From: Balanoglossus misakiensis | Taxonomy: Eukaryota; Animalia; Hemichordata | DNA: 64,000 bases | Direction: 5' to 3' | Assembly: GCA_040954595.2 (NCBI GenBank) | Contig: CM082589.2 | Coordinates: forward strand, 2,990,213 to 3,054,212 | Shown here: in pieces, positions 39,750 to 54,525 of the stretch | Layout of the letters: each line of letters opens with the position of its first letter | Position numbering within the stretch: the first letter of the stretch is position 1 | Translations under genes and position numbers: made by a program | Notes under the pieces: model-generated | The model's database searches: none | Told to the model about the DNA's origin: nothing | The model's input: the letters and a program-made list of their open reading frames with translations, nothing else

Positions 39750-42700
39750 CACCAGAGTACTTTTCATTATATCGGATAAACATCTGCTCATGCCTATGGC
39801 AGGGTCAAATGTCATTAGGGTCAGATGTCAACAACAGGGTCAAAGGTCATTGACACATTTCAACACAGGATATGTAGTACATTCTCAGCTTTAAAACACA
39901 TTCCTTTCTCTGTATTTATTTTTTTCTTTCGTTGTCAGCGCCATGCTTCACGTGAGATAAAGTGCAATAAACAAACCTTTTCTACTGAAAGTGGGTGTTT
40001 TGTAAATTCATTTGCTATTCTTGTAAATTCTCAAAGATGTGTGGATACCATCAATTGAGCAGGGTGTAAGTGGCTGATAAGGTGTCCAATATCATCCCAT
40101 GTGTTTGAGGTTTTTTTCCCTGAGGTGTTCGTCAATCTGGTCAGGTGGTCATTATCTCACCAGGTGTCCGAACCAAACAAGCAGTCGGTGTCTTATTCTA
40201 TCCTGATGACAACCTTATCACCCCTCTATACAATGCATTGCAAGGCCAACAGATTTCACAAAATTCTTGTGGGAGAAAACAATGTTCCAAAAGGTATCTT
40301 ACCCTCTTGTGAATTCTTTTGAGGTGTCTCGGCAGGACATACTTCAAACAGTCATAGGGATTTGTCATGTTTTTTCTTGCTTGTCTGATTGCTTGCATTC
40401 CATCCCAAAGCCCAGTGTCCTGTAGATCAATCCACAACATTAAAAAATGTTAACCCTTTGGTAAGAATCACATCTTTGAAACTAAAGTGTACTTAGAATA
40501 TAGTCATTCATATGTGATTATTTATATTGTGACAAAATATGCAAAAGTGTCATTTTTGGCTATTTTTTTAATTTTTGGCCAATAGCACACATCTAAATGA
40601 TGATGCTTCTTTTCTCTGAAATTATCAAAATATGCTCAAAACACCATTTGTAATCTAGAAACTGCAGTCGTAAAAAGACCCATGCTTTCTCAAATCTGTT
40701 TATCCAGTGGAATTGCTGCCTACTCCACAATTTGAGATCATAATGGAAATCTCTGATAAAAATAGAAAGAGATATGCCAAGAATATATGCACCTCAAGGA
40801 ATAAAACATCAATTTCATTTTGTGAAATTTGCGGGGCGTCCAACAAAGATGACTTAGAAGACATGGAGGTATACCAACGTTTGAAATATGAAACTCTGTC
40901 TGTATACGCTTGCAAGCAAACAGACACAGTAATAAGTTTATTTGCAGATTGCTTTTTTTATTTTTATGATAAAAAAATGAGAAAGTCTTGGTTGCCATTC
41001 CCTTCATAAAGGTAATAAGTAAGAGGACTGAAACCGTTACTGCTGGAAAAAAATCATTGCTGAAAAATAACTGCCTCAGGTTGCATGCTTAACTCCCAAT
41101 TTATTATTTATTCATCGTTTGTTCAGAATTTATGTAATTGAATATTTTTGAATTTCATTTTTGATTAGCTTTTCTTTGAAGGAAACCGATTTATATGAAG
41201 TAGCCGAATTAATTTTTTAGTGATTCAGGCGCGATAACAATGAAAACCCACGGCAACGAGAAGCCACAGATAGGCAAAAATCAACAATAAGAAAATGTCT
41301 GGTCTTTGCTCATAAATCAATCATCAGTCGTGAAATCCCAGCAGACCAGATGGGAACAAAGAAATTAAGATGGATAAAACACTATATGAGTAATCCCCAT
41401 GGTCAAGCCCAAGATTAAGAAATTCAGAAAAATGGTAAAAAAAATTAAACCTATCTAAATGGAGTGATTTCCTGATCAAGAGTGGCATTTAATATTGTGT
41501 GTGAGTCTCAATAATCAAACAAAGTCAATTCCCTAGAGTTGACAAATCGCTGAGATTACGGTTTTATGAAAAAAATAATAATGATCCATGATGGTGTTTG
41601 TTTGATATTATTGTCTTATTTCTTAAAAAAATAAGTTCCCTCGGAATAGCCGAAAGTCGCTTTGCACGGATCTCTTGGGGTGTCTTGATTATCGTGTACT
41701 ATTAGCAGCTTTTAAAATTCGTGAACAGATCTGCATGGTGCCATGTATTTGCACTCCATTTTTTTTCCCTCTGCAGTCGGCGCCTTTTGATGTTGCAGAG
41801 CGACACTGCGAAGGCTCTCCACACGAATCAATACTCGGGAGGTGATTACCCAGAATGCCTCTGGCAATGGTAAACTATGGAAGATCAGTTTCAAAGGAGT
41901 CGACGGATCTGCCGACTGCTGAGCCTAAGCCAGTGAAAATAACACGCTGGCTGAAACTCTTTTCTAGTCCAAACAAAAGGAAGTGTTTAATACAGTTAAA
42001 ATGCGAAAACATACTTGCACTGTGCCTTCATTAAGCGTTATTGATTTGCTGTGTGGCTGCAGTGATATCATTACATTAGGGTACTAACCAGAGCCCGCTG
42101 CTTCTTGGCATTTACCACTAGTGTCTGCTGGGAATAGCAATTATCTCACACTCTGAAGAACTAATGAAAGAGATATATTTTATCTTTGAAATCTTCTCTG
42201 AAGGCACATCTTCAGTTTTGTTTTGTTTTTCCAGATTCGTGACTAACTCTGACTCTCCAGAGCTGCCCTTGACCTTGAAACGGGCCGCCCCAAGTGCATG
42301 CTGGTTGTCAGTTGCGCAACATGGCTCTGTTTTTCTATTCTGAGGCGTCTTTCATGTGGCCTTGATGCAAGCTCAGCTTATAGACAAGTCGGCATGGAAA
42401 CTGTGAATCCATGGCTTCAGGGTTTTTATGCTTGAAATGAAAATCCACAAGGACATGTTCTCTGCAACTGAATCCTTCTGTTTCAAACTGTTTCAACCAC
42501 AAGACATTTTTAAAGTGTCTTTTTCTCTGAATGTTGTCCCATACACATTAAGTTAGAAATAAAAATTTTCCAAATTCTTTTTGACTTGACAATCTGATAG
42601 TCCAATTAACTCTACCTAAAATTTCTGAAGTAAAATATAATGGTTTCAAATTTTTTTGAAATGTGCTGTCCAAAGTTGCAAGTGTTTGAATTCTTTATTT

Positions 42701-45700
42701 TGCCATTCTTCGTGGGCCGGCTTGTCTATCTTAATGGCAAGTTGTGTAAGAAACTGAGGAAAGCCTGTACAGTGTGCCATTAAGTTGTCACAACAATTAG
42801 TGTCGGTCGACAAGTCAAAGGGAGAAATCAATGTGTTGTGAAACTGGTGTGTGTGTGATGATTGAGGGTCAGATATGGAGAGAATTTGGCAGGGTGAGGA
42901 TCATGTGTGTCAGAGACATACACTGCAGACAAACACCAACAGATGGGCACCCCAAATCCTGAAATGCTAGTCATTCTGCTACTGTGAGTAACCGAAAAGA
43001 GGTTTTCAAAACAAACAACAAAAAGAGAGACCCTGGGTTCTCTTCTGTACACGCAGATGCACGGACAGGATTAACTCCTGGACAGTGAAAGCACTTTAAA
43101 TTGACATTGTTGGAAGCAATCATGCAGAATACAAGTGGCAAATCTCACTTAATAGCAAGAGAGGGAGAGAGAGAGATCGAAAAAGGGGGATTTACTTGCA
43201 TTGAGGATGGCTCTATTGTTCAGGGATTGGTCCCCTCCCAAAGGGTTGTCCTGCACTCTTCTGAAAACATATACAAATAGAAGAATACATTTTGGTCAGG
43301 GGACCCTCCTCGTCGGGGCTGACTTCTTTAAGCTGTACACTGCCCCCCCCCCTCTCCACTCCACCAACACCCCCTGAGGGCATCTTTTTTTGTCCCCTTG
43401 GGGTTTTTGCCACATCCCCGTTGCACGTGCAACTCAAGTGCCGCAATTGATACATTGTAAAGCATTTCGGTTTATGCTCCCTGTTCCCTCGATGTTCCAC
43501 GGCGTAAAACGCACGCTAAATGCGGAGGAAGTGGCCAATCAAAGAGGCCCCCGGATCTCGGCGCGTTTGATGCCGGATCCAGTTTCGGAGTAGGATATGC
43601 GGATTTGCAGCGCTGTGGTCCCTATCGGGGGTCGTGTCACTTCAATCAACAAGTACGAATCAGACAAGCCCTGTAGAGATGAATTCATCCGTTTCACCAT
43701 CGGGCTATTACTTCAAATCTGAAAACAAATGTGCCAAAGGACTTCATTTATGTAATCAGTCCGCCATGGAAAATTTTGACCAAACAAAATAAATATTAAA
43801 ATAATTTGTAGTATTTCTCCCTTTGTATTATTTAAGCTCATTTTGTGAAACATGAATTTGTAAACAACAAACAGTGGAATGCTGTATATGAGGTGGCAAG
43901 CTTACATTCTGTCTGTCATATGCTTGCCTGAATTTTTTAAAAGGAATTATTAGACAGCGAAATCAGACAAGTAGATTGTACATTTCATGGTGTTTGTGAC
44001 ACTCATCTGACGCCAATACCAGTACAAGAGAAAATCCTGCAAGTTTATTTTTTAAGTGTCTGGTTGAAAATAAAATTGAGATGATCTCAGAGCCCACTTG
44101 TCATTGTACAGAGTGCATGCTGAATGGATACCACAAGTCTGTAGTTAATTGACATGGTTTCTGGAGTGTGTAGAAACCTCTAGTGGGATCTGTAAGTACA
44201 GACACAAACACAGAAAATCACTCAAGGTGAGTTTAATTCACCACATTCTCAGATTCCCCCCACACAAGTCTATAATACACACTCCCGGCCTGACCGAACG
44301 CTGAATTCCCTGGCATCAGGTTAATGAACTCTCAACACAAGAAATCGTCTCCAAAGCCAGTGTAAACATCCTCGGAGAAATTTCCACCTGAGAAATTTAG
44401 TCAAGGCGTAATCGAAACCCACTGTCGTGACGTGGGAGATGAAACAATTATCAGCAACCGACACTGAACTTTGTAGAGAACGTTAAGTGTGCATTCACAA
44501 TATCTCCCAGGTGTCCTTGAGAAAACATGGCCGCCAAATGGAACAGTTTTTGTGAGAAAGGAAATCAATTGAGAAAATATTTTGGTAATCTTAGACGCCT
44601 GAATGGAGCAAACCTCTCTGCACCACACAACAATGTAGACAGTTCATGTGAACTTCTGTTTTCTTTCAAAAGACAGGAAACTGCACATCAAAGCTAATTT
44701 GATTGTGTTTGTCAAGATTGGTACTCTTTCAACACTCTCCATTGATGGAAATTGGTCTGTTTTATTTTTAGTTGGTGAGGTTTTAAAATTTATTCAATCA
44801 GTACATTCAGTGATTCAACATGAGTAACACAAAGTACATAGAGATACATTTTCTCATGATTGTTACTGGAGTTTCTTAACTAGAATAATTGCAGCAGTCC
44901 ATCTTACATTAAAAGCAATGGCAGAAAATGATAATACACAACTATTGCAATTTTATTGACAGAATTTGGAGGTTTCTAACATTATAAGGGTTTGATCATT
45001 GATTTTTATTTTTTATCACAGAATTTAAACAGAATTTTTTTCCAATGTAAACAACTGCAGTCAAGAAACTACTTGCTTGAAGCCAGAGAAAAGGATGCTT
45101 ACTCTCTCAAAATAAATTTATCCACTGCACGGTAAATTGACCCCTGTGGCGATGAATTGCCTAGAAATATATATCAGAATAAATGCAGGAATACCACAGT
45201 ATACTGACAAACAGTTCTGGTTTTTCACTCTCAGGCAGAACAACTCATAAACACACATGTTGTCTTTTTACTATGATAGTCACACAACTTGCAGGGGATT
45301 TCTGTACTTGAAGACGAAAAATCAACATGGTTGATGTCAGCTGTGTCGATTTCATTGTTGGTGATGTTGATTTCATTGTTGACTCATATTATTTCATGGG
45401 ATTACAAATCTATCTTGTCAAGAGTAGAGGATTATTTTAATCAATGTACTGTTCTCTGTATTTTTCCTCTTTGTTTTGCGTCATGTGGATTAATAAAGAC
45501 ACAGTCGGCGGTCAGCGGCATCATTTGTGGGTGATTAATCCCATCACAGTCGTGAATTTCATTGCCCAGTTCTTTGTTTCGCGAAGGTCGAAATGTTCAT
45601 TTCACTTCATTGTTTGAAATGGACAGAGTTTATTTAGCTGTGTTCTGTGTGTGCCTTCAGGACGACTTAGACTCGAAGATGACCACATGTTCTGCGGAGT

Positions 45701-47247
45701 GACCACAGAATGACCGCAGCTGTGGTCACTACGACCCTTTGAAGTGGATTTAATTTCTCACTGATCATTCTCATGGGTGATATTAAAAGTTAATAAACTG
45801 TAATAATTCCCTTTAATCATTTAATTTTTACTACTTTATAATCTTCAACTGAAAATGCATTTATCTGTCAAAACATGCCGAATAAAGCTGCTTATTATTT
45901 TATTATCAAACTGATGCTACATTTGGCACATTTGTGTTAAAAAAACAATAATCAACTTTCACTTTTCATAGACACATAAAAAGTGGGGTCCATTATTATA
46001 TTAATGATTTATTACTCACTGTCATAAAAAAACTGAATTTAAAAGCAAAACTGCTTTTTAATTTTGTGATGAATTAGTTTCAGAAATTAAGGGAGATTTG
46101 AAGTTAATTATTAAATTATGATGTAAAACAAGCTCTGGGTATTTTGTGGAAGAAAGTACATTGTGCTATTTAATTTCAGAGGTCAGTCACCCAAATTTAA
46201 TATTAACACAGTAGTTCTACTGTGTGCTTTTCTAATGCCTACATTTACACGGACTGCAATGTCAATATTTTCTGTCTATATTGGAAAAAATCAATCTGCT
46301 GGTTACATAGTACTACATGTATTAACAGCAAGTTATTATTTGACAACAGATGATACAATTTTGCCTAACTGCTCCAAACTGTTCGTGTCATTAGAGCAGT
46401 TCTGTGCCATTGCCTAACTGTTCACTATTCGGCGAATGGCTGTTGTCGGTGGGTACACATATGTTACCTAACTCAGTACATAGAGTGATCATTCATTCAC
46501 TACATATACACATGTACATTAACATAAACAGTGTCTTGTATCAACATAATTAATGTAAACCCCACCCCTTCGAACCAGACCCTCGCCTCTGCAAATAATA
46601 CAATCCAGTAAAGGGCAATGTACGAGAGTCAGCGACATTATGTCGGTAGGTGTCAGCAACGTCTCTGTGGCTTTCAACGTGTAAATCTGAAAGACAAGCA
46701 ACCAACCCAGTGATTGGTGAGTATATACCAACTGAGTCTCCATGTCCTAAAACCCACGGCGCTGGCTATACTGACTGTCATTCTGGTTCTGTTATTAAGG
46801 TTGTGGGGCTGACCTCATATGACCCACACATGTGGATAAGCAGGCCCATATGTCATTGTCAATGTGTATATTGTTCAGAGTTAAGGTATAGCCATATTGC
46901 TTTAGTGAAAACTAGCATTTTGCTCCACACTATTACACACTGAAATCAAGTCACTATTGAAGTCACTGTGATCGATTGCCAGGAGGTTAAGAGAGCAAGA
47001 AAACATGCACAGTTGCGTAGCATTGTCTAGCATGACCGCTAACCTTGTTTATACACAGACTGGAAAAACCCTCTCAAATGAATAACAAGGAACAACTTTG
47101 TTTTGAAAAACTGAAAAGCAACCATGCATTCATAATTGTCACTAGAAAATCTTGTTTCCTACAATGGTTTTATATATATGGAACTGTTTAATAATTAATG
47201 CTTATCCTTTTTTCACCCACAGTTAAAACACTCAGATTGTCTAAATT

Positions 47248-49940
47248 ATGGCTCGCAAAGTTGTTGTAATCGGAGCGGGAGTCATTGGCCTTTCATCCGC
47301 TGTTAACATCTTGGAGAACATCCCTGATGTCACAGTTACCATCATGGCCGACAAGTTTTCCCCAAATACCACCAGTGATGGCGCTGCCGGATATTGGCAG
47401 CCGTTCATTGCTGGAGAAACACCTGAGCATCTTCAAAGGTAAGGATGACTGGCATATTCGTAGTTTTAAAGGAAAGTCACAGATATGTTAGTGGCCTTTT
47501 AACTTTGAAGCATATCAGTGAATATCAGGAACATGATTTTCCCATTATAATTAAATGTCCAATATTCTGTTTATCATCATACCATATGTGCGTAGTAATA
47601 AAAAAAACTTATGTTGGATCGTTGAAAAATGAAATCATGTCCAGACTTGAATTTGGTTATTTTCAATAATGACATAGCTGACAGTACGCATATAGACTGT
47701 GTTGATAAAGTGAATAATGGGCATTTCATTTTGCTTTTACTTTAATAAAGAAACTACCATTGATGCATAAAACACAATTGCTCCTAATAATAACATTTCT
47801 GATGCATGATAAATGAGTTCATTTGTACTATTTGAATATTCAAACATCCTGAAATTATTTTGTGAATATTCTCCCTCTGTACACAAGCCGCTGGTCAACA
47901 GCTACATTTCGACACTTGGAGGCGCTGTTAAAGACAGAAGAGTCATCAGTTGCCGGGGTTACCACAGTCTCTGCATATACGACCTCCAAAGAACCCATAC
48001 AGGTAATGTTGTTGATAAAATAGTATTGAACTACAGAAAATTATTTGCACATGCACACACTTACAGAAAACATTTTCAGATATTTCAGTTGTTATTTACA
48101 TTTTAGTTTCTTAAATCTATTATGTTGTTCTGGTCACTGAAAACAATTCTGAATGACTGGTTGTCAAAGCTGTACTTGTACATGGACATAACACTGGAAT
48201 ACTCCATACTTTGTACATCCGGCAGGATGAGTATTGGTCAAGTACTGTCTACAATTACAGACATATGCCAGAAGGGGAAATCTCAAAGCAGTTTCCGCAA
48301 GCCAGGTAAGTTTTCATATGAACATTCATTTGTCAAACAAAAATAACCTACCGGTACAACCCTCCCTGGTAAAAATGGAAGGTTTACCATTCCACGCAGG
48401 AATATCTGTTTGATTTTGTTACTTTTTGAGCGTGTTTCTTCTACTTTTTTGCAGATATGGAGTATTCTTCACTTCAATTCTTTCTGAATGCAGAATGTAC
48501 CTGCCATGGCTTATGAGAAGGTAAATGGACGTACAAAGTACCTATCAAAGAAAAACTATAAGACTGCACTGAATTATGACACAGAAACACGTTCCTGTGA
48601 TCTGTAAATGATGCTTTTTTGCTCAATTATTTTACAGATTTAAGGAAATGGGTGGGAAGATCATGAATAGGAGAGTTTTAGATCTGCAAGAGGTAAGGTC
48701 GATATGTCTGCATTTATTCACAGGTTAATCCTTTCCATTTCATGCCAATATTGTCTTATTTCAGTCTCCATATTTATTATTATGATGTAACAATTGTTAT
48801 CACAGCTTTCAGGTCACTATGATGTCATCGTTAACTGTGCTGGACTAAGTGCAAGGTCATTGGTCAATGACAACAACCTTCAACCAATCAGAGGACAGGT
48901 GATCAGGGTAAGCTTCAGTACACTGTAAAGCACAAATAATTTTGTATACAGGCACCTCTAATTAACATATGCCTATATATGGTGTCTAAAAGTACAGCCA
49001 ATTTTAAGATTTACTTATGACTGCATTTTCTTCAGGTCAAAGCACCTTGGATCAAACATTTCGCAGAGGACATGCAAACTGGAGCGTATGTGATACCATG
49101 GTAAGTAAGGAGTGTCGACACCCAGTAATATGCAATAATTCCTTAACCTTTGATCTGAGAAAATATCCAAATCAAGGGATTGATTTTTTCAACCTCCTAG
49201 CTTTATCAACCTGAAAAACATCATCTTTTCTATATTTCAGTATAAACAATGTTGTGCTCGGTGGAACTTTCCAGAGAGGAAATTGGAATACACATCCGGA
49301 TGAGGAAGACAGGAAGAGAATATTTGAAGGTTGCTGCGCTCTGTATCCAAGTCTTAAGGTGAATGTGTTTTGTATTAAATTACATAATATTCGGCCATTT
49401 TGAAGTAAAACTTAGAAGTTGTGTGTTCCTGGTCTCACAGATAAAGCAGTACAATTTAACAATACGTCTATTCTTGTGTTGTGTTGTGTACAAATGAAAA
49501 TAATCTTTGTGTTCTGCTTTGTCAACAGCATGCAGTCATAGACTATGAATGGGTCGGACTCAGGCCCGGAAGAGATAGTGTACGACTGGAAAAAGAAGTG
49601 AGAAAAGTTAAAGGAAAAGACATGAAAGTACGTAAAGAGAGATTGGACAATAGTTCCAAATTAAGATTAAGACGTACACCATTGAAACTAGTCTGTACTA
49701 TAGTCAAACACACAGTGAAGCCATAATCCCACATTAAAATATCAGTTTAACAAAATGATGGCAATTTAGTGATTTTGCGCCATATATGTGTATTTACTTC
49801 AACAGATTGTGCATAATTACGGTCATGGTGGAAGTGGAGTCACATTTCACTGGGGATGTGCACAAGACGCAACATCTCTCGTTGCAGAATTACTGGGGGA
49901 AGAAGTAAACTTCAGGGAACAGCCAATGTCAAAGTTATAG
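47248..49940 (+). CDS. DDO: D-aspartate oxidase / D-amino-acid oxidase family flavoprotein, copy 1, 10 exons, 341 aa, peroxisomal
   Basis: Exons 47248-47438, 47888-48002, 48226-48305, 48455-48520, 48638-48692, 48806-48907, 49036-49100, 49241-49358, 49529-49627, 49806-49940 (1026 nt). FAD motif [57 protein letters not shown]-terminal SKL. DAO vs DDO assignment is uncertain. Confidence 0.95.
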
Positions 49941-51332
49941 TATCAAAAACCAGGTGTTAATTCTTCCCCGAAGATTTGAACTGTACAGACGTTTTGTCAC
50001 AATTTTATTGCAAGCAAGTGAATTAAAAAAACAGTGAATACCCTGACTTTTTGACCCTTTTTTCGTGATTTCTTTGTCTTCACTTGGGGTTGTCATTGTA
50101 ATTATTCGGAAATTAAGATGTTGTGCGATTCGGCAATAAACTCTAATTCTTCCAAAACTTAAAAATTTCAAAGCATATTACGTACACATTTTAGTACCAC
50201 TTCTGCAGTAAGTAGCACTTGATTTTCAACCCATAGGAAGCCCTACTAGTACCAAGTGCTTCTAAAAGAGTGAATAGACCCTACTCCATAAATCACACGT
50301 ATAAATGCCATTGTTCAAATGAACTACTGAGGAGTATGCTAGTGTCAAATTAGTTTTTAAAATGTGAAAATGGTAAAACTGTCCAAAAGTGGTGTGAGAC
50401 AGTTTTGATCTTTGTGTTCTAACAACTTCAGCAAATGATTTTTTCCTTTAAGTCTTTCAGATTGTTTTGTCATTTTATTCCAAGCAAATATTGTATATTA
50501 AGGACTTCAAACCCGAATAAACTATTTACTTAAAAATATAATACTCTTGCTTTTTGCAATTTGTTGTGCACCGATTTTTTTTTTTTTTGCGACTCCACTC
50601 GGGTCGGAGTGCATCGGGAAGTACACCAAGCCACAATCACTCATGAATAAATATGCTCACGTGTCCGTTGTGGCATTCAAAACAGACATATGTCACTCAG
50701 CTAGCCTGTCATTAGTCAGGCCAGGTCTATATTGGCTAGCATAACAACTCGATCAGGTCGGTGTTCTGCGTACCGGTGTATCACCGTATTGTACCGTATT
50801 GTACGTACCACGCCGCATAACGTAAGTTTAATATATCACATGTCTTGTTCTTAACATGCCAATAGTTACGCAATTGTTCTCGTTTTGCTTGGGTTGTCGC
50901 CGGCAGGCGGATATGCATGGTCACCCTTTTCACATGCTAACGATACAATTATATACCTTTAAGGTTTTTTCGTGGTCGTCTCGTGATCCTAATATTTTAA
51001 TAGGCAACCCTTTTGACCCGTAGATACGTTCCGCCACGAGAGCTGCCAAGTACAGCTTGACCTTGAGCAAAATATAACGCAGCCAGCTCTCGCAGGATAA
51101 AAACTTACAGCCATAAAGGCGGTTGAACTTCGCCGTTTGCATTATTGTCAGTCTCCATCGGTTTTCTAAAAGTAAGACTTTGACTTTGTACATTTCAAAA
51201 TTTTACAGTGGTGTTTAATTGAAATGTACACGCCCCCAGATTTATACTACATAATCCTGATTAAAAATCATGTCTGTAATTAACTCATTACTTGTAGGAT
51301 AATTTGAAAATAAACGAAGTAATAACATAATC

Positions 51333-53828
51333 ATGGCTCGTACAATTGGTGTTATTGGGGCTGGAGTTGTAGGCCTTTCATCCGCTGTAAATATCTTAGA
51401 GAATATTCCCGACGTGACAGTCACCGTGATAGCTGACAAGTTTTCCCCAAACACCACCAGTGATGGCGCTGCAGGGTTTTGGCAGCCATACACTGCAGGG
51501 GACACGCCGGAGCATCTTCAAAGGTAAAATTTCTAGTAGTTCCCCGAATTTAGAATGTAAGGTACGTGTACCTACCCGTGAAAACGCAGCTTTTGGTGAG
51601 GTGGTGTCTTTTTGCGGCGTCCGTAGGAGAGGCCATGATGGCCAATATTTGCATATGATCGGCTAACCACCTGTAGACGCACTGTATATGCAAATTTATG
51701 CAAACGAAGGTGCACAAGAGTGGGTTCAAATCATGAGGTCACCAATATGTTCCGAGTGACGTAAATTCATCGATCAGATGTTTGATGGCAATACATTAAT
51801 TGACGAGTACGTTTTCTTTTATTTAAAGACGGTGGTCTGAAGCAACATTTCACCACTTAGAGGCGCTCCACAAAACAGAAGAGTCATCTGTGGCTGGAGT
51901 TACTGCTCTGTCTTCATTCCACATTGCCAAAGAACCAATTCAAGTAATTGTCCAAATACGTCACATTTTTTAATGAAATAGCAGAAAAGATTATTTTTCC
52001 CACATTCTTTGTTTCTCCAAACATAAAAGACTCTTAATGTCCGAGCTAATTGGAGATTACTGTATTCGAAACTCGCAGGATGAATATTGGTCAAAGACTG
52101 TTTACAACTACAGACAAGTTCCTGCAGACGAAATATCAAGGTTTTTCCCCCAAGCAAGGTATATATGGCTTTTAACATATTGTTGCACTTGAGTGGAATA
52201 AGTTACAAAAATTATAGATATACGACACTGTGTGGTACAGAAAAATATTTTTCTTTTTTTCAGCCATGGTATATTCTTTACCACACTTCTTTCGGAGTGC
52301 AGGATGTATCTACCTTGGCTTATGAGAAGGTATTTCAGTCAATCTCGATTTTCTAGCGATTTTTTGTTCGTTCTGGTTTGCCTAGTAGATGGCTTTTACT
52401 GAGGACTTATTGCAACGTGTGATTTGAAATACAACTGAAAATCCTTTGACGTCGCGTTTTTGTGATTTTTCATTACTCGCGCGAATTTATCGAGAATAAA
52501 ACTGTTTTGATTTTAAATGTCAGATTTTATTTCCCCCCAATTTTACAGGTTCAAGGAAAAGGGAGGGAAGGTGATCAACAGACGAATTCATGGTCTTCAA
52601 GAGGTAACATGCATGGTTCCAATGGGCTGTCATTCAAAATGTGTTATCAACCTTGGGCCCCTCATAAACCTGTTGTTTTTCCTTTCTAATGTACCGTATA
52701 CATTTCACCCAACGCACATCTTATCATTTCTGTGTCCAGCTTGCAGGTCAGTATGATGTCATTGTTAACTGTGCTGGACTAAACGCAAAGTCATTGGTCA
52801 GTGACAACAATGTGCAACCAATCAGAGGACAGGTGATGAGGGTATGTAAATGTTTTAAAACAGTATATATTTCCTGGATAAATTTTCTACAATGTTAACA
52901 ATACGAAATCTATTATTATTGGTTTGGTTATTCATCTTCAAGGTCAAGGCACCATGGATTAAGCACTTTGTAGTTGATGCGGTAACAGGAAATTATGTTA
53001 TTCCATGGTAAGTAAAAATACCAATTTTGTTGATATTTCGGACCTCAACTTGCAACCTCTGCTACAGACTCACCCAGCAAAGAATTTGCCACATTCAAAT
53101 CCACATTCAGATCAAATCACTTTGATGTTTTAGAAGTTTGTAAAATACCTAATCTTGGGATATCTTTCCTACAAGCGCAAATAATGTTGTGCTTGGTGGA
53201 ACTGTCCAGAAAGGAAATTGGAATACACATCCGGATGAGGAAGACAGGAAGAGAATATTTGAAGGTTGCTGTGCTCTGTATCCAAGTCTTAAGGTGAATT
53301 TGATATTTTCTTATGCATCATTTGCCATCAGGCCTCAAATTCCTTAATGACCACATTGGTAGCATATAAGGAAAAGTGATTTTTTCTGTAGTGGATGGTT
53401 AGGTTTTTTTTCTGGTAGCAGGAAGAACGATTCTCTGATTTGATTTGTCTACAGCATGCGAAGTTAGATTATGAGTGGGTTGGACTCAGGCCAGGTCGAT
53501 CGAGTGTGCGATTGGAAAAAGAAGTAAGGAATGTTGGGGGTTTGAACATGAAGGTGAGTCAACAATTATAAATTCTTTTGTTTTTTTGCTCAGGAACTAT
53601 GATTGCATTGGGTTCAATACACATGCTCTTTGAATGCCATCCGAAATGATGGAGAACTTTTCTGATAATAATGAATTATCTTCCTGTTTACAGATTGTTC
53701 ATAACTACGGCCATGGAGGAAGTGGAGTCACCTTTCACTGGGGATGTGCACAAGACGCAACAGCCCTTGTGGCGGAATTACTGGGGGAGAAAGTCAATTT
53801 AAAGGAACAGCCAAGATCAAAGTTGTAG
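51333..53828 (+). CDS. DDO: D-aspartate oxidase / D-amino-acid oxidase family flavoprotein, copy 2 (tandem paralogue), 10 exons, 341 aa, peroxisomal
   Basis: Exons 51333-51523, 51829-51943, 52079-52158, 52264-52329, 52549-52603, 52740-52841, 52943-53007, 53176-53293, 53455-53553, 53694-53828. Exon lengths are identical to copy 1, the same motifs are present and the protein ends ...EQPRSKL. Confidence 0.95.
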
Positions 53829-54525
53829 AGAAAGTGAACACAACACATGGTCTGGAAAGAAACAACACATGTATTTATTACTGACATCAAACTATCAATT
53901 ACATGTGCAGCATAATGAGAACATTTCCATTTATCCACAATTTTCGACCCCCATTAATACAGATCACCTCCACACACATGGTATGATCCAATGTAACATA
54001 CAACTGGATCTCATGGACCTGTTCCACTGTGAAGAATGAGGGGTTGTTGGTTTTTTTAAAGTTGCGATGCCTAGATATAAAGGACACAAATATGCACAGT
54101 TTATGCATATTTCCCATTGATCATGCTTACAATATGAAAACTCAAAAACCAACAAGAAAATGAAAACAAAAATATCAAGATAATGAAATCTGTACACGAA
54201 GTATGACATTCCATTATTGACAGTTGATATTCCAAAGATAATATACAATAAAAGTAAGTATAACAGCAGAATATGAAATTACTATTCACTCGTTTTACTG
54301 ACTTATACAATATGAACGTCACATCACTACACAGGGCTCAAAATACACAGGAAGGCTTGATATTTAAGATTGTAGATGTTGTTTTTAAAGATTACTGGTA
54401 AATAGTATGATACTTTGGCATGAAATGCTCATTTTTGCCGAGTGACAGATTACTTTGGTTTCTGTAATGACGGAAGCGTTAGTTTTTCCCCATCGATTTC
54501 TGCCAGAGATTGGCAATGGCTTGAC

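Noticed and set aside
40449-41015. Possible larger TTAACCC-terminated DNA transposon remnant
   Set aside because: No convincing matching right TIR or transposase fragment.
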